A DNA stretch of 64,000 bases from the NCBI GenBank assembly GCA_043228905.1, contig JBHGNT010000007.1, positions 16,430,001 to 16,494,000 of the forward strand, given 5' to 3'. Source of the stretch: Azolla caroliniana (Eukaryota > Plantae > Polypodiophyta). Positions within the stretch are counted from its first letter, which is position 1. Each line of letters opens with the position of its first letter. The position numbers and the translations under genes were made by a program. Under the pieces are notes generated by a model. It saw only the letters and a list, made by a program, of their open reading frames with translations, did not search any database and was not told the DNA's origin. Positions 25,001 through 36,569 of the stretch are shown here, piece after piece.

Positions 25001-25815
25001 TGAGCATGAATTGGGTACAATGTGTTGGTCTTCCGGGCTTGGGCCATGATTAGGCTATTGTGACAAGTTGTACAGGTTTCTCAATGGATTGCAACCTTCA
25101 GTGGGGGAGGAGGTCAAGAAATGGGAACTGGCAACTTGGCAAGAAGCAATCCAAATGGCTGAGCAAATGGGTGACTAGGGGGCTACCCAACATGAAGACC
25201 CTAGGCAAGAAAGAGGTTCCCCTCAAGAGACAAGAACTCAAGAGGATCTCAGGCAGCAAGAAGAAGAGGAGTTGACCACACAATTGCAAGTCGAAGTGGC
25301 TTCGAGTAAGATGGGTTCAACCATGGTGGACGAGCCAAGTATGGAAATTAAAGAAACGACTCAAAGGGAAGAACAGACCATGATCGAGATCAAGACCAAG
25401 ATCAAAATTGAGCTAGAAACAATTAAGTCAGGAGAACACGCAAGCAAGATAGAAGAAAAACAACATCAAGAGGCCTTAGCACGAGAGTGCGAGACCAAGA
25501 AGATCGAGCAAGAGGCTAAGGTGAGGAGTCCCCAAGGCAAGAGAACAAGATTTAGATCAAGATCAAGGAGAAGGGGGACAGAACCATGGTGGTTGAGCAA
25601 GAAGGATGTGAAAAGGTCTTGGAACTAAAGGTTGGGATAGAGGTGGAGAAGCAAGAGGCGGAATCGAAGGGACTCCATCAAGGATCCACGAAGCAAGTGA
25701 TTTTGTAAATTAAGACCTTCAATATGCGGAAACAGGGGACAACACCCTAGCAGGATGAACAAAGAACAAAATCAACAAAATCAATCGGCGAAGTATCGTG
25801 AGAGAGGGACAATAA

Positions 25816-28232
25816 TGTTGGGAAATCGGTCCCTCCGGATGGGAACCGGATGAGCCGGATCGGACAATCCGGAAGGTATTCTGAATCCGGACCACATGGA
25901 TCCGGTTTGAACCAAAAGTGTGGACATATTAGTAAATATGTCTCTAATGTGCCTATTTAGGCCACATTTGTAAATACCCCTAAAGTTATATGAGTATAAA
26001 TATAACTAGGGCAACATTAGTTATGTGTGAGTTATGAGCGTGTTATTGTTGTACAGAGTGAAAGAGAGAGAGTGAGAAATACAAAAATCTTTTCTGTTGT
26101 AACCGCCATTTGGTGAAGACATAGAGCTCAAGGTCGTTGCCTCTGAGTCTCACATTGTAGTACCTCACTCAGATAGTGATAGGTAGAGTCTGTGGGCTCC
26201 CGTGGTTTTTCCCTATTAGGGTTCCACGTAAACATTTAGTGTCATCTCTTTGTTTCATTGAAGTGCGTTATCTTTTACTTTCTGTTAATCTTCCATTAGT
26301 GTGTTTGAAACTCAATTGTGGCCGAGTGCAATTCTTGACAAATTGGTATTAGAGCAAAGTTATAAACTTCAGAGAAAAATGGAAGATCCATTGGGCGGCA
26401 TGTTCAAGTTCACTGGCTCCAACTACTCAGTGTGGAAGTCAAAGATCAGGGAGATGCTGGTGGTCAATGATCTCTGGTTGTCGGTGTAGTTCGGAGATGC
26501 AATACTAGATAAGATAGATGCACCGACCTAGGAGGTGATGCACATGAAGAAGACGGCATACATTCGATGCTTCATCGACATGAGTCTATACAATAACTTC
26601 AATGAGGAGAGAAAGGCTCACGAAACTCTGGGAGAAGATTGGTATCATGTTGGAGAACAAGAATGTCGTAAATCAAGTCTCAGTATTTCAAAAAATAGTG
26701 AGACTCAGATATCAAGACGGCTCCAGTATGGAAGAGCATATGAATGCCTTGTAGGGCTTGATAAATTAGACCACCTCGCTAGAAGTACCTCTAGCCGACG
26801 AGGTACTTGCATTGTTGTTGCTTGGATCCCTTCTGGATAGCTTGGAGACACTAGTTGTCACGTTGGGCAACACCGGACCGGAAGGGAAGCACTTATCCCT
26901 AGCGAGAGTAAAGTAGAGTTTGTTAAATGAAGAAGCTCGCAAGAAGGACCGGGAGTCCGGAACCGACCCAAAAGCCTTATTCACAGAAGACGACACAAAC
27001 CAGGGAAGAGGCCGGAACAGGAGTCCCTAGAACCGGGAAAAGTCGGGGACGAGGTCAAAGTCAAGAGGGAAGCCCACCATCTTCTATTGTGGAAAGTTGG
27101 GGCACTTCCAAAAGAATTTCTAACACTTCCGGAAAGCCAAACGGGGAGCTGACAATCGGGAACTGAAGAAGACTTTGGAAAAGAAGAGGAACGTCGACAA
27201 TCGTGACAAGTGAGGAGGAGCTCCTGCTACACTGAGGAGAGTGAGTTGCACCTTGTCAGCGATGAATCTACATGGGTGGTTGACTCCGGAGCGTCATACC
27301 ATCTAACCCCCGATCGGAAGTGCTTCTCATCATATAGAGCCGGAGACCACGGTTCTCTGAAGATGGGAAATGAAGGAGCATGCCGAATTGTCGACATCGG
27401 AGATATATGTGTTATCTGTGGGATTGTAAGTGTATGAGTGTATAAGTGATGGTACGTGGATAGATAAGTGTAAAGTCTTGTGTTAAAAGTCATGTTTAGT
27501 GTGTGCAAGTGGGCACATGATTACGTGTGAGTATATTGATATATGTGTAAACATATGCACATTTGCGTGAAAAAATAGAAGGTTATGTAACTAACCTACA
27601 AACCCCATTGTATGTTCTTGATTCGGAACCCTCATGTAATGTACCTATATAACCCCATCATAAGGGACATGAGTAGAAGTTTTTGCCTCTCAATATTGTG
27701 TGTGTGTGTGTGTGTGTGTCTCTCTCTCTCTCTTTTCATAATTACCTTACTCTAGTGGTAAGTTGTTAACTCTACAAGCACTGCGGCATGGGTTCGAAAC
27801 CCAATTTCCTCACCTCTCTATTATATACTTCATATACTCTTAATTCACTAGATGCCACTATGGAATGTAGGGGTTGAACCCATGAACACCTGGTCTCCAT
27901 TTGGGCTCTCTCTCTCCCCCTCACGCTCAACCCCATTGGGAGGGGGGTGGAGCCGTTCTTAGCTCCATCCCCCACCCATAAACAGTGTGTTTGACAATGT
28001 CAACCGGGTGCAGATTTTTGTTGTGAGAAGTGTGTCACGTTCCGGAAGTCGGATTGAATCTTATTTCGGTTGGTTAGCTAGACGATGAAAGCTACACAAG
28101 TAACATTTGGAACGGCACCATGAAATTCTGTAAGGGAAACCTGATCATGGCCAGAGCCTAGAAGAACAACACACTGTATCTGATGTATCCTCGGATATGC
28201 CAGGAGGGAGTGAACAGAGCATCCAACACTGC
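25816..28232 (+). mobile_element. Tnt1-like Copia 5' half (LTR, PBS, gag, protease), ending at the gap
   Basis: LTR 25816-26340 (TG..CA); PBS TGGTATTAGAGC at 26344-26355; gag MEDPLGGMFKFTGSNYSVWK from 26379; protease WVVDSGASYH; HVPEVGLNLISV. Confidence 0.9.
27410..27984 (+). repeat. Solo LTR inserted in the Copia protease region
   Basis: TGTT..AACA termini; TSD ATATG/GTGTG (two G/A differences); host frame GD-VC-LTMSTGC resumes afterwards; TATA near 27646. Confidence 0.8.
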
Positions 28233-28332
28233 NNNNNNNNNNNNNNNNNNNNNNNNNNNNNNNNNNNNNNNNNNNNNNNNNNNNNNNNNNNNNNNNNNNN
28301 NNNNNNNNNNNNNNNNNNNNNNNNNNNNNNNN
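28233..28332. other. Assembly gap (100 N)
   Basis: Run of 100 N; the two flanks are unrelated. Confidence 0.99.
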
Positions 28333-28516
28333 ATATCAACCGGTTTGCTCTACTGCTACAGTTGCTTCTATTGTTTCCTTGGCTTCCTTTAGAGGCTTCT
28401 CCTCCATTTCGGTGATTGTCTCTACTCCGTTTTGGCCCTTGGTTCTTCAGAGGTTGCCGTTAGTGGCGGCCCATCCGTGTCCTTTGTGGCCCCTTCTTCC
28501 GGTTGCACCTCATCAC

Positions 28517-29200
28517 TTATGGTGATGGACGCTCCCGCTCGTGCTTTTCCAATTGCAGTTGAGTGTCGAGCTGGTCGTCATCCAACCTTTCCACAATACC
28601 ACGGACTGCTCCCAAATGCTCCTTGGCTAAGGAAAAGAAGTCTTCTGACAGTTCTTCCCTTATGGTGACGATGCTCTCTTCATCCATCTTGTAGAATTTG
28701 TCACCAACCTTCCTCCTGTTCTCAGCATCTACCCGGAATCTCTGTAGTTTTGCCGCTTGTTGTGACCACTCCTTCCACACTTTCTCCGAACACTCCTTGA
28801 TGCTTGTTTGGGTCCGGTCCCTCCATGTTGACATTTTGTGTCGGATTCTATCCACACCGAGCTTGGCACATTCTTCGGCCTCTTGTTTCTCACTTTTCAG
28901 CCTTGCTATGATTTCAACAGCAGCGGCGGCTTTGCTTTCATACCCAATCACCTGGTGCTGATACGTCGTTTGGAGGTTGTTTAGCACTAGCTTTGCCTCT
29001 TGAAACCGTTGCTTATTGAGCTCCAACTTTTCCTTTGCCGCTTCTTCCAATAGCCTTGCCGTTTCTACCGCCTTTGTCTTCTCCTATGCCAAAGCTTCCG
29101 TTTTCTTCTCAAGTTCATCCCTTTTTTGTGCCAGGTCCGTTCGTGCCTCCTTCAGCAACTCCTTCAATCTATCTTGTTGCCGGTTGAATTCTGCTCCCCG
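28517..29200 (-). pseudogene. Unassigned coiled-coil ORF, probably TE-derived; homologous to 52566-52775
   Basis: E/K-rich ORFs 28517-29050 and 29084-29200 in one frame separated by a stop; shared motif ENRRK.G..FYK..EESI.T.RE.L. Confidence 0.55.
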
Positions 29201-29204
29201 CCTC

Positions 29205-30124
29205 TCTTTGGGGTGGAAGTATGGGGCGGTAGCATCCCTAAATCTATGTGGAAAGAGTTTGAAAATGTCCAAAAACATTTTCTCACAAAGTTTCTACAAG
29301 CTAAGAAAGAAACGCCCTACACCCTCCTCCTCCTTGAGACGGGATCACTTCCCATTGAGATCATGGCCATGGAAAGGGTTGTTGAATACATGCTTAAGGT
29401 TCAAAAAAGTCCCTCACATTGACTTCCTAGAATTGCGTGGGAAGCAAGCAAAAAGATCCAAAAGACGCATAAAAGAAAAAAAATTTGTTTCTATTAGATG
29501 CAAGATATAGAAAAATGGTTTGGTAGATGGGATGCGAGACACTTGCTTCATGATGCATCATTAGATTCCTCTGTAAATGAGGCCTTTTTGCAACACCAAT
29601 GTATCATGACATGGGACAAATGTGGAGGCTCACACTTCACACATTATACTACACATGTTGCACCTAACTACAAAACCATATTCTTTGCGGAACGGGGAAA
29701 TCGTACACATCGATACATGTTAGAGCCCATACCGTTATCTGCGATTCGAACCATTGCTTCCATGCGACTTAGCTCACATGCACTACGATGTGAGACAAGG
29801 CGTTGGGGCACAAGTGATGAGAGTGGTCGGCTATGCACACTTTGCCCTAAACAAGTTTGCGAGTCTGAGTATCACACTTTGATACAATGCTCTGCCTTTG
29901 ATCATATTCGACCATGCTTTCCACATCTCTTCGACCGAGCCCAATCCTTGCATGAATTCCTCTCACAACCACAACGTGCACTCTTGATTGCAACATTCAT
30001 TGGTAAAGTTCTTGAACATCGAGAGTCACTACTCACTTTCACATGTATCACGTGAAATGTAATATTTATGGTCTCATAGGTCATATTTGACCTCCGAAGA
30101 CGATAATATAATCTATCTATCTAT
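29205..30124 (+). mobile_element. 5'-truncated RTEX-like LINE
   Basis: Near-identical to 47502-48430 reversed. RLSSHALRCET..RLCTLC..ESEYH..C domain; (ATCT)n tail. Confidence 0.9.
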
Positions 30125-30878
30125 CTCTCTCTCTCATTGTGCATATCTTGTAGGAGGACAGTACTCACATTGCCTCATACTTACTCTACACTTGCTTGCT
30201 TAACATCAACAAGATCTTCACACTTGCTTTTGCATAGTCGACCAACATACTACACACAATAGTCGACTAAACACTACAAGTGTCATCACAACGAATGGCT
30301 TCACCTTCCTATCTATGGACTTAAATTCTGCATTGGGTTCCGACACTCACTCGCAATAACACTTCGCCTTGAAAACTTTCTGTCGATGGTAGTGTACATA
30401 GGAGCACAAATTTCATCCACTAGAACCTCGTAGGTTTTCGATACATAGCCTTTACCAAGCGCAGGCGCCTTCTCTTCAACAGAGGGCTCTGACCACCTTG
30501 TCACAACAGGATGGGCGCGTTCTTCCACCACGATCATGATGTTCTTCTTCTCGAAACTTACCTCGTCTCTGTGGCGGGCGGTCGCCAGGATAGAGCTTGC
30601 AAGAACATACTGCTTTGTGGCCGCCACGATAGAGCTTGCGAGCGAGAACATATTGTTGGTTTCTTTCCTGGGGTGAGTGAGGTGGGCGATTTCTTTCACT
30701 CGGAAAGAGGGAGAGAGAGAGAGAGAGATCGAATGGGAAGTGGGCGATTTCATTCTGAAAGAGGCAGATAGAAGAGATCGATCGATCGATCATCTGGTCC
30801 TCTTTCTCTCTCTCTAGCTGTCTGTATTTCTGTGTCTGTGGATAAGAAAGAGGGTTACACCCCCCAATTCCTTTACCC

Positions 30879-33800
30879 ATGGCTATGGCGATGGCTGGTC
30901 TCCATCCCAAGCTTCCTGTCGCAACCCCCTCCAACGACTTCTTCCTCACCTCTTCGCAGCAGCGCCTCTCACGCCTTCCTCTTCCTCCTCCATCTCCATC
31001 TTCTTCACCCTCATCTTCATCATCCTCTCCCTCACAACAATGTCGTCTCCATAACCTCCCGCCCCCTCGATCCTCTCTTCATTCAGATGGATCTGAAGGA
31101 GACATCCCTTGTTCCGGAGGAGGAAGACGCCATTTTCTCTCCAGCTCTGCTGCTCTCTCTTGTTCTCTCGCTGCTTCCACTCTGCTTCTACCCAAGAGGG
31201 ATGCCCTTTCCGAGGAGCTTCTGTCTGAATGGGAGGTTGTTCCGCTTCCCGTTGATCCTGGGGTTGTGCTCTTGGACCTCGCTTTTGTTCCCGACGAACC
31301 TGATCATGGTCATTACTGCATTTCATATGACTTTTTTGATGGCTTCTATGATTCTTATATAGGTTCATCTTATCTTTGGTTGATTATGTGACTTGGTGGA
31401 AGTAATTACATCATCATCCCCTGTAATTACGGCCCGAAAAGTCTGATATAGTCACATTTGAATGGTTACGAGCTCAATCCCAAAGGTTCCAATTAACTTC
31501 CTTTGGATGGCGTTAAGAATAGTGCTAGAAGTTTTACTAATCGTATTGGAATTGGAATGATTTTGGCAAGTTCAATCATAATGGTCCCTTTACTTGTGTC
31601 GCAATGCTGATGAGTTCAATCCTAAAATGTTTCTCTAGTTGCATTGGAATGATGATGATTGCAATCCTTCAGGTCACATTTTTTTTAATCAACCGATGTC
31701 AAGTCCAATCCTGAAGGTGCCATCAATTGCATTGAAATTATGAGAAGTTCAATTCTAAACCTCTTTAAACTAGTTGCATTGGAATGATGATGATTGCAAT
31801 CCTTCAGGTCACATTTTTTTTAATCAACCGATGTCAGGTCCAATCCTGAAGGTGCCATCAATTGCATTGAAATTATGAGAAGTTCAATTCTAAACCTCTT
31901 TAAACTAGTTGCATTGGAATGATGATGATTGCAATCCTTCAGGTCACATTTTTTTTAATCAACCGATGTCAGGTCCAATCCTGAAGGTGCCATCAATTGC
32001 ATTGAAATTATGAGAAGTTCAATTCTAAAACTCTTTAAACTAGTTGCATTGGAATGATGATGATTGCAATCCTTCAGGTCACATTTTTTTTAATCAACCG
32101 ATGTCAAGTCCAATCCTGAAGGTGCCATCAATTGCATTGAAATTATGAGAAGTTCAATTCTAAACCTCTTTAAACTAGTTGCATTGGAATGATGATAAGC
32201 TCAATCCAAAAGGTTCCTATTAAATGCATTTAGATGACGAGGAGCTCAATCCTAGAGGGTTCATTAGTTGCAGTTGATGACGATGATGAATTCACTCCTA
32301 AAAAGAATCATGAATCCATGGGGTTTTGAAGAAGAATCATTGTTAATCTGGATCTTGATTTTGAAAACTGAATTTTGAATCCTCTACCTCAAATTGTAAC
32401 TTCTGCTGTATCGAAAGTACATCTGATTTTTGTGTTTCTGGTGTTGAGCTTGAATTCTTGACAATGCATCTATTGATATCTTGAATTTTCAAGTATGTTT
32501 CCTCATCCTTCCATATATCTGCTATTTCTATAGGTTTTCTGTTAGGAACAAGGCAGACTCTACTAGAAACAAAGGATGGCGGCAAATCATGGACAGCACG
32601 ATCCATCCCCTCTGCAGAAGATGAGGATTTTAACTACAGATTTAACTCCATAAGCTTCTATGGTAAGGAAGGATGGATTGTAGGGAAACCAGCAATTCTT
32701 CTGCACACTTCTGATGCTGGAACAAGCTGGGAGCGTATTCCTTTGAGTTCAAGGCTTCCTGGGACACCGGTTAGTGTAGTGGTTTCTCCTGAGGAGGGTT
32801 TTATGATAGCGTTAATCCTTTTTAACACAAGTGTTCTCTATTGTTAGGTTATTATAAACGGGACCGCTGATAAAAGTGCAGAAATGGTTACAGATGAAGG
32901 GGCTATCTATGTGACATCCAACAAGGGCTATAATTGGAAGGCTGCAGTGGAGGAGACTGTCTCTGCCACTCTCAACCGGTCTGTACTCAATTGAACTTGC
33001 CGTTCTATAAGTGTGGTAGAAGTAGATTGATTGTGTGCAGTGAAATAGTTGTTTCTATTCCAGTCCAAAGCATGTATTGATGGGTTTTCATCTGTAATCA
33101 TGTTGTATTTCTGGAAGAAGTAATATTCCTAAGCAAACCCAATAGCATAAATTTACTGTTTCTATTAAAGCTTTGAAAATGGATGACCAGGGAAGCCAAC
33201 TCACATGATTAAAGTGATTGGGAAGCTGTATACAGAAGTCCATTTTCTGAGTTCTCTTCTCATGAAATGTATTAGCTCTCGAGCAATTATGCCAGTTTTT
33301 GCTGTTTTGGTCATTCCATGTGTTATAAAACATATGAAAACTTGGGCATATGATAGGATATTAGATTTCTTTTTAAGTTCTAATCTCAAAAGCCAACTAA
33401 CATGTTTATGGAAAGCAATTTCAGCTATAGGGTTCATGAGATAAAGCTGATGTATGCTTCTTGTTCTATGTATCAGTAATAGGTCATTGAAAATGCCAAG
33501 GAGAGATGCCTATTAGTTATTGTACTGCATACATATCATTCCCAATGTTGAGCCTTTTTAGCATTTCTGTTTCGTTTTTGAACTGAGTATCAATTCAAAG
33601 AGATGATAACTAATATAATCTACTGATTAAATGCAAGTACAAAATATCTTTCAAGAGAAACATTATCAATCCTTCCACTAAATTTTCATTATGATATTTT
33701 TTTTCTGTTGTGCTCTGCAGCACAGTTTCAAGTGGCATTAGTGGGGCCAGCTATTACACTGGTACTTTTAATGCAATTAACCGGTCAATTGATGGGGATT

Positions 33801-35717
33801 ATGTGGCTGTATCAAGCAGAGGAAACTTCTATTTAACATGGGAGCCTGGCCAGGTATCTTGCATGAAATTTTTTAACTGAGCGGCTCATGCAGATACATT
33901 GCTGCATATCTTGTTGGTAGAATACAGACCATTATATGAAATAAAATGTCAAAAAGCAACTTTGTACTTTCAAATATCTAAATGGAGAAATTGGCCAAAA
34001 GTATAGTTTATGGTTGAAAACGTAAAATGTACTTAGAAAATATGACTAAAGTTATGAAAAAAATCCATACACAGGAAAAACAGACACAGCCTAGTTTGTA
34101 ACAATGGCCCATTTGTGTGGAAAGATGAAGACAAATAAATATCTATTTGCTATCTGAACCCATTGTCTGATTAGGAAGAATGTAACCATGTTAAGAATTC
34201 TGACAGGAACCCATAACAATACATTGAGATTCTTATTACCAAAAAAATAATATTACAAATATGTGTTGGTTCATACAAAACAAAAATGTATATTGAAACA
34301 TTAGGGTACATAGTAATAGCGAAAAAGCAACATTGGTATACAAGGCTATCAAAGTGAATGTATAAAGTCATCGGAGTGGTCACCAAGGAGTATCTTTAAG
34401 TGGCTGTGTGGGCCTTGTCCCAAAATGGCAGTTTGCTAAATGAAATTGCTTTATACTGCTGGGTTTGATGAGGCTGATGTTATGAATATTGATGTTTCCT
34501 AGTTTTCTCTTCTAAATACTTATCGATTTCGGAAATTGGATTTTGCAGCCCTATTGGCAGCCACACAATCGATCAAGTGCCCGAAGGATCCAGAGCATGG
34601 GCTGGCGTGCTGATGGTGGGTTATGGCTTGTTGTACGTGGAGGAGGGTTGTTCTTGGGCAAGGGGACGGGGGTAAGCAGTCCAAATTTACATATTCATTG
34701 TGGAATGGCAAGGATTATTATAGCATTCTAGGCTATTTGTATATTCTTTCACCTTTGATGGAGCTGCTCCTTTATTTTATAGAGAATACTACTGGGATCA
34801 TCTCATTAATGGCCATTCTAATGTAATATTGGAATGTTGTCCATTCAGGTAACAGAAGATTTTGAGGAAGCACAGATTCAAAGTAGAGGCTTTGGGATAT
34901 TAGATGTAGGATACAGATCCAAGGTAACAAGGAAAAACTTGAATTTTGTCAATGTTTTAGTACAGAGATTGTGTTTCCATCCTTTACAGTTCAGTGAATT
35001 TATTTTAGTAGTCTTTACAAAACAAACGAGCATGAGTAAATATGAACCCCAGACACTCTTTTTCGCATTAGGATCTGCTGTCCACTGCTTCATTTTAACA
35101 ATGGATACCCTTCTGAGGATAGCATATTTCTCTTGAAGCATGAACTCGTAATTTGTAAAGAGAGATGAGTTATGATTTCATGCAGTGACTTAAAGCTTGC
35201 ATTTGCATATGAGGGAAGATTTATGTAATTATGTTCTTTCATATAAGTGTGCTTCAGCATGCATATTGTTAAAGCAGCCCCCCATACATATCAGTGATCT
35301 GATCATATCATAGGAAATCAAGTCTGCTGTATCGATGTATTGAATTACTCATTTATGCAGTGGTGCTTATTCAGACTGGCATTTATTGTCTTTTGGGATG
35401 GGCTAATAGTATTTTGAAGTTGTTATACAACAGGATGAAGCATGGGCTGCTGGAGGAAGTGGTATTTTGCTTCGAACTGCTGATGGAGGTAAATCTTGGA
35501 TCCGTGACAAGGCAGCAGATAATATTGCGGGAAATCTGTATTCTGTAAAGTGAGTACATACGTTGTGGAAGTAAAGGGAGATTTTTTATTTTAAAAGTAA
35601 ATTGGGATATGGTGCAAGTAACCTTAACAAGCGTCTCATTTAACAAACAGGTTTATAGATGATAGGAGGGGTTTTGTGCTTGGCAACAATGGTATTCTGC
35701 TTCGATATCTCGGTTAA
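30879..35717 (+). CDS. HCF136: Photosystem II stability/assembly factor HCF136 (Ycf48), 8 exons
   Basis: Exons 30879-31308, 32534-32769, 32848-32978, 33721-33853, 34549-34671, 34849-34923, 35434-35549, 35651-35717, all GT-AG and in frame. Transit peptide and Tat RRHFL; [78 protein letters not shown]. Confidence 0.96.
31635..32196. repeat. 135-bp tandem repeat (4 copies plus a partial) in HCF136 intron 1
   Basis: Unit starts CTAGTTGCATTGG at 31635, 31770, 31905, 32040 and 32175; copies nearly identical. Confidence 0.95.
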
Positions 35718-36569
35718 TCCTGTCCAGGACATTTAAATATTAATTGGGTTGTTGTACTTATTACTGGGTTGCCATATTTCACCTGAGCACAACAGATTGG
35801 AGTTTTGCTTCAATTCTGTATGTATGCATGGAAAAACATGTATGTAAGTATCAAACAGAGATTTCTCTTAATTTTTCAATTCATCGAAAACAGCTTTACA
35901 TGTGTTTTAACTGCTTGGAAATTTGACAGTGGCTGAACACTAGGAGATTTGGAGATTTAACGTATCTATTTTAATATATAGTGCACCTTGCATGATTCAA
36001 GCTATTTCAAAATTTGTGATATGGCTTATGTAATCTTGGTCAGATTGTGGACATGATCTGCACACCAATGTAGTTGGATGTGGGTTTTCTAGTGTTGAGT
36101 TTTTTTTAGTTGTCCTTCAGAAAGCTATGTATGAAAACCATGGATGCAGCATTTGTTAATCAGTACAACCTCTCCACCCTTCACTCCCAAGAATCATCAG
36201 AAACCCCCAACTTAGTCTCATTGTATCATCCATCATGGGCTACCTGTTAACCATCTTGTAGTTGATGGTGAATCTTTTGAGAGCTACAAGATTCTCTTAT
36301 TTACAAGGTGCACCATGGACATTTTTTCTATCCCTATTTTCATAGAGTGGTGGTGAAAGAAATCTGATTTTATGAGGATCAAAGAATTTATAGGTGATAA
36401 GAAAACAAGGATATGATTCCGTAGGAAGAATGTTGCAACGTATGGCATCATGATCTGAAAATTGCTTAAGAACCTGCGCCATTATATTGCATCATGATTT
36501 TATAATGAACACATTGCATATTGGGGTTATATGACGATAATAGGAAGCCCTTTCAAAGGTTATGACCAA

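Larger units (their letters stand above)
10682..25057 (-). mobile_element. Tnt1-like Copia (3' LTR, RNase H, RT, integrase) interrupted by chromovirus A
   Basis: 3' LTR ~10682-11187; PPT GAAGGGGGAG at 11190-11199; RNaseH/RT 11200-12600; integrase and GAG-pre-integrase (LWHRRLCHMSEKG) 23924-25057. The motif DEYVLLTDEGE is split exactly by the insertion. Confidence 0.88.

Noticed and set aside
31635-32196. CRISPR-like regular array
   Set aside because: Units are identical end to end with no variable spacers, inside a eukaryotic intron.
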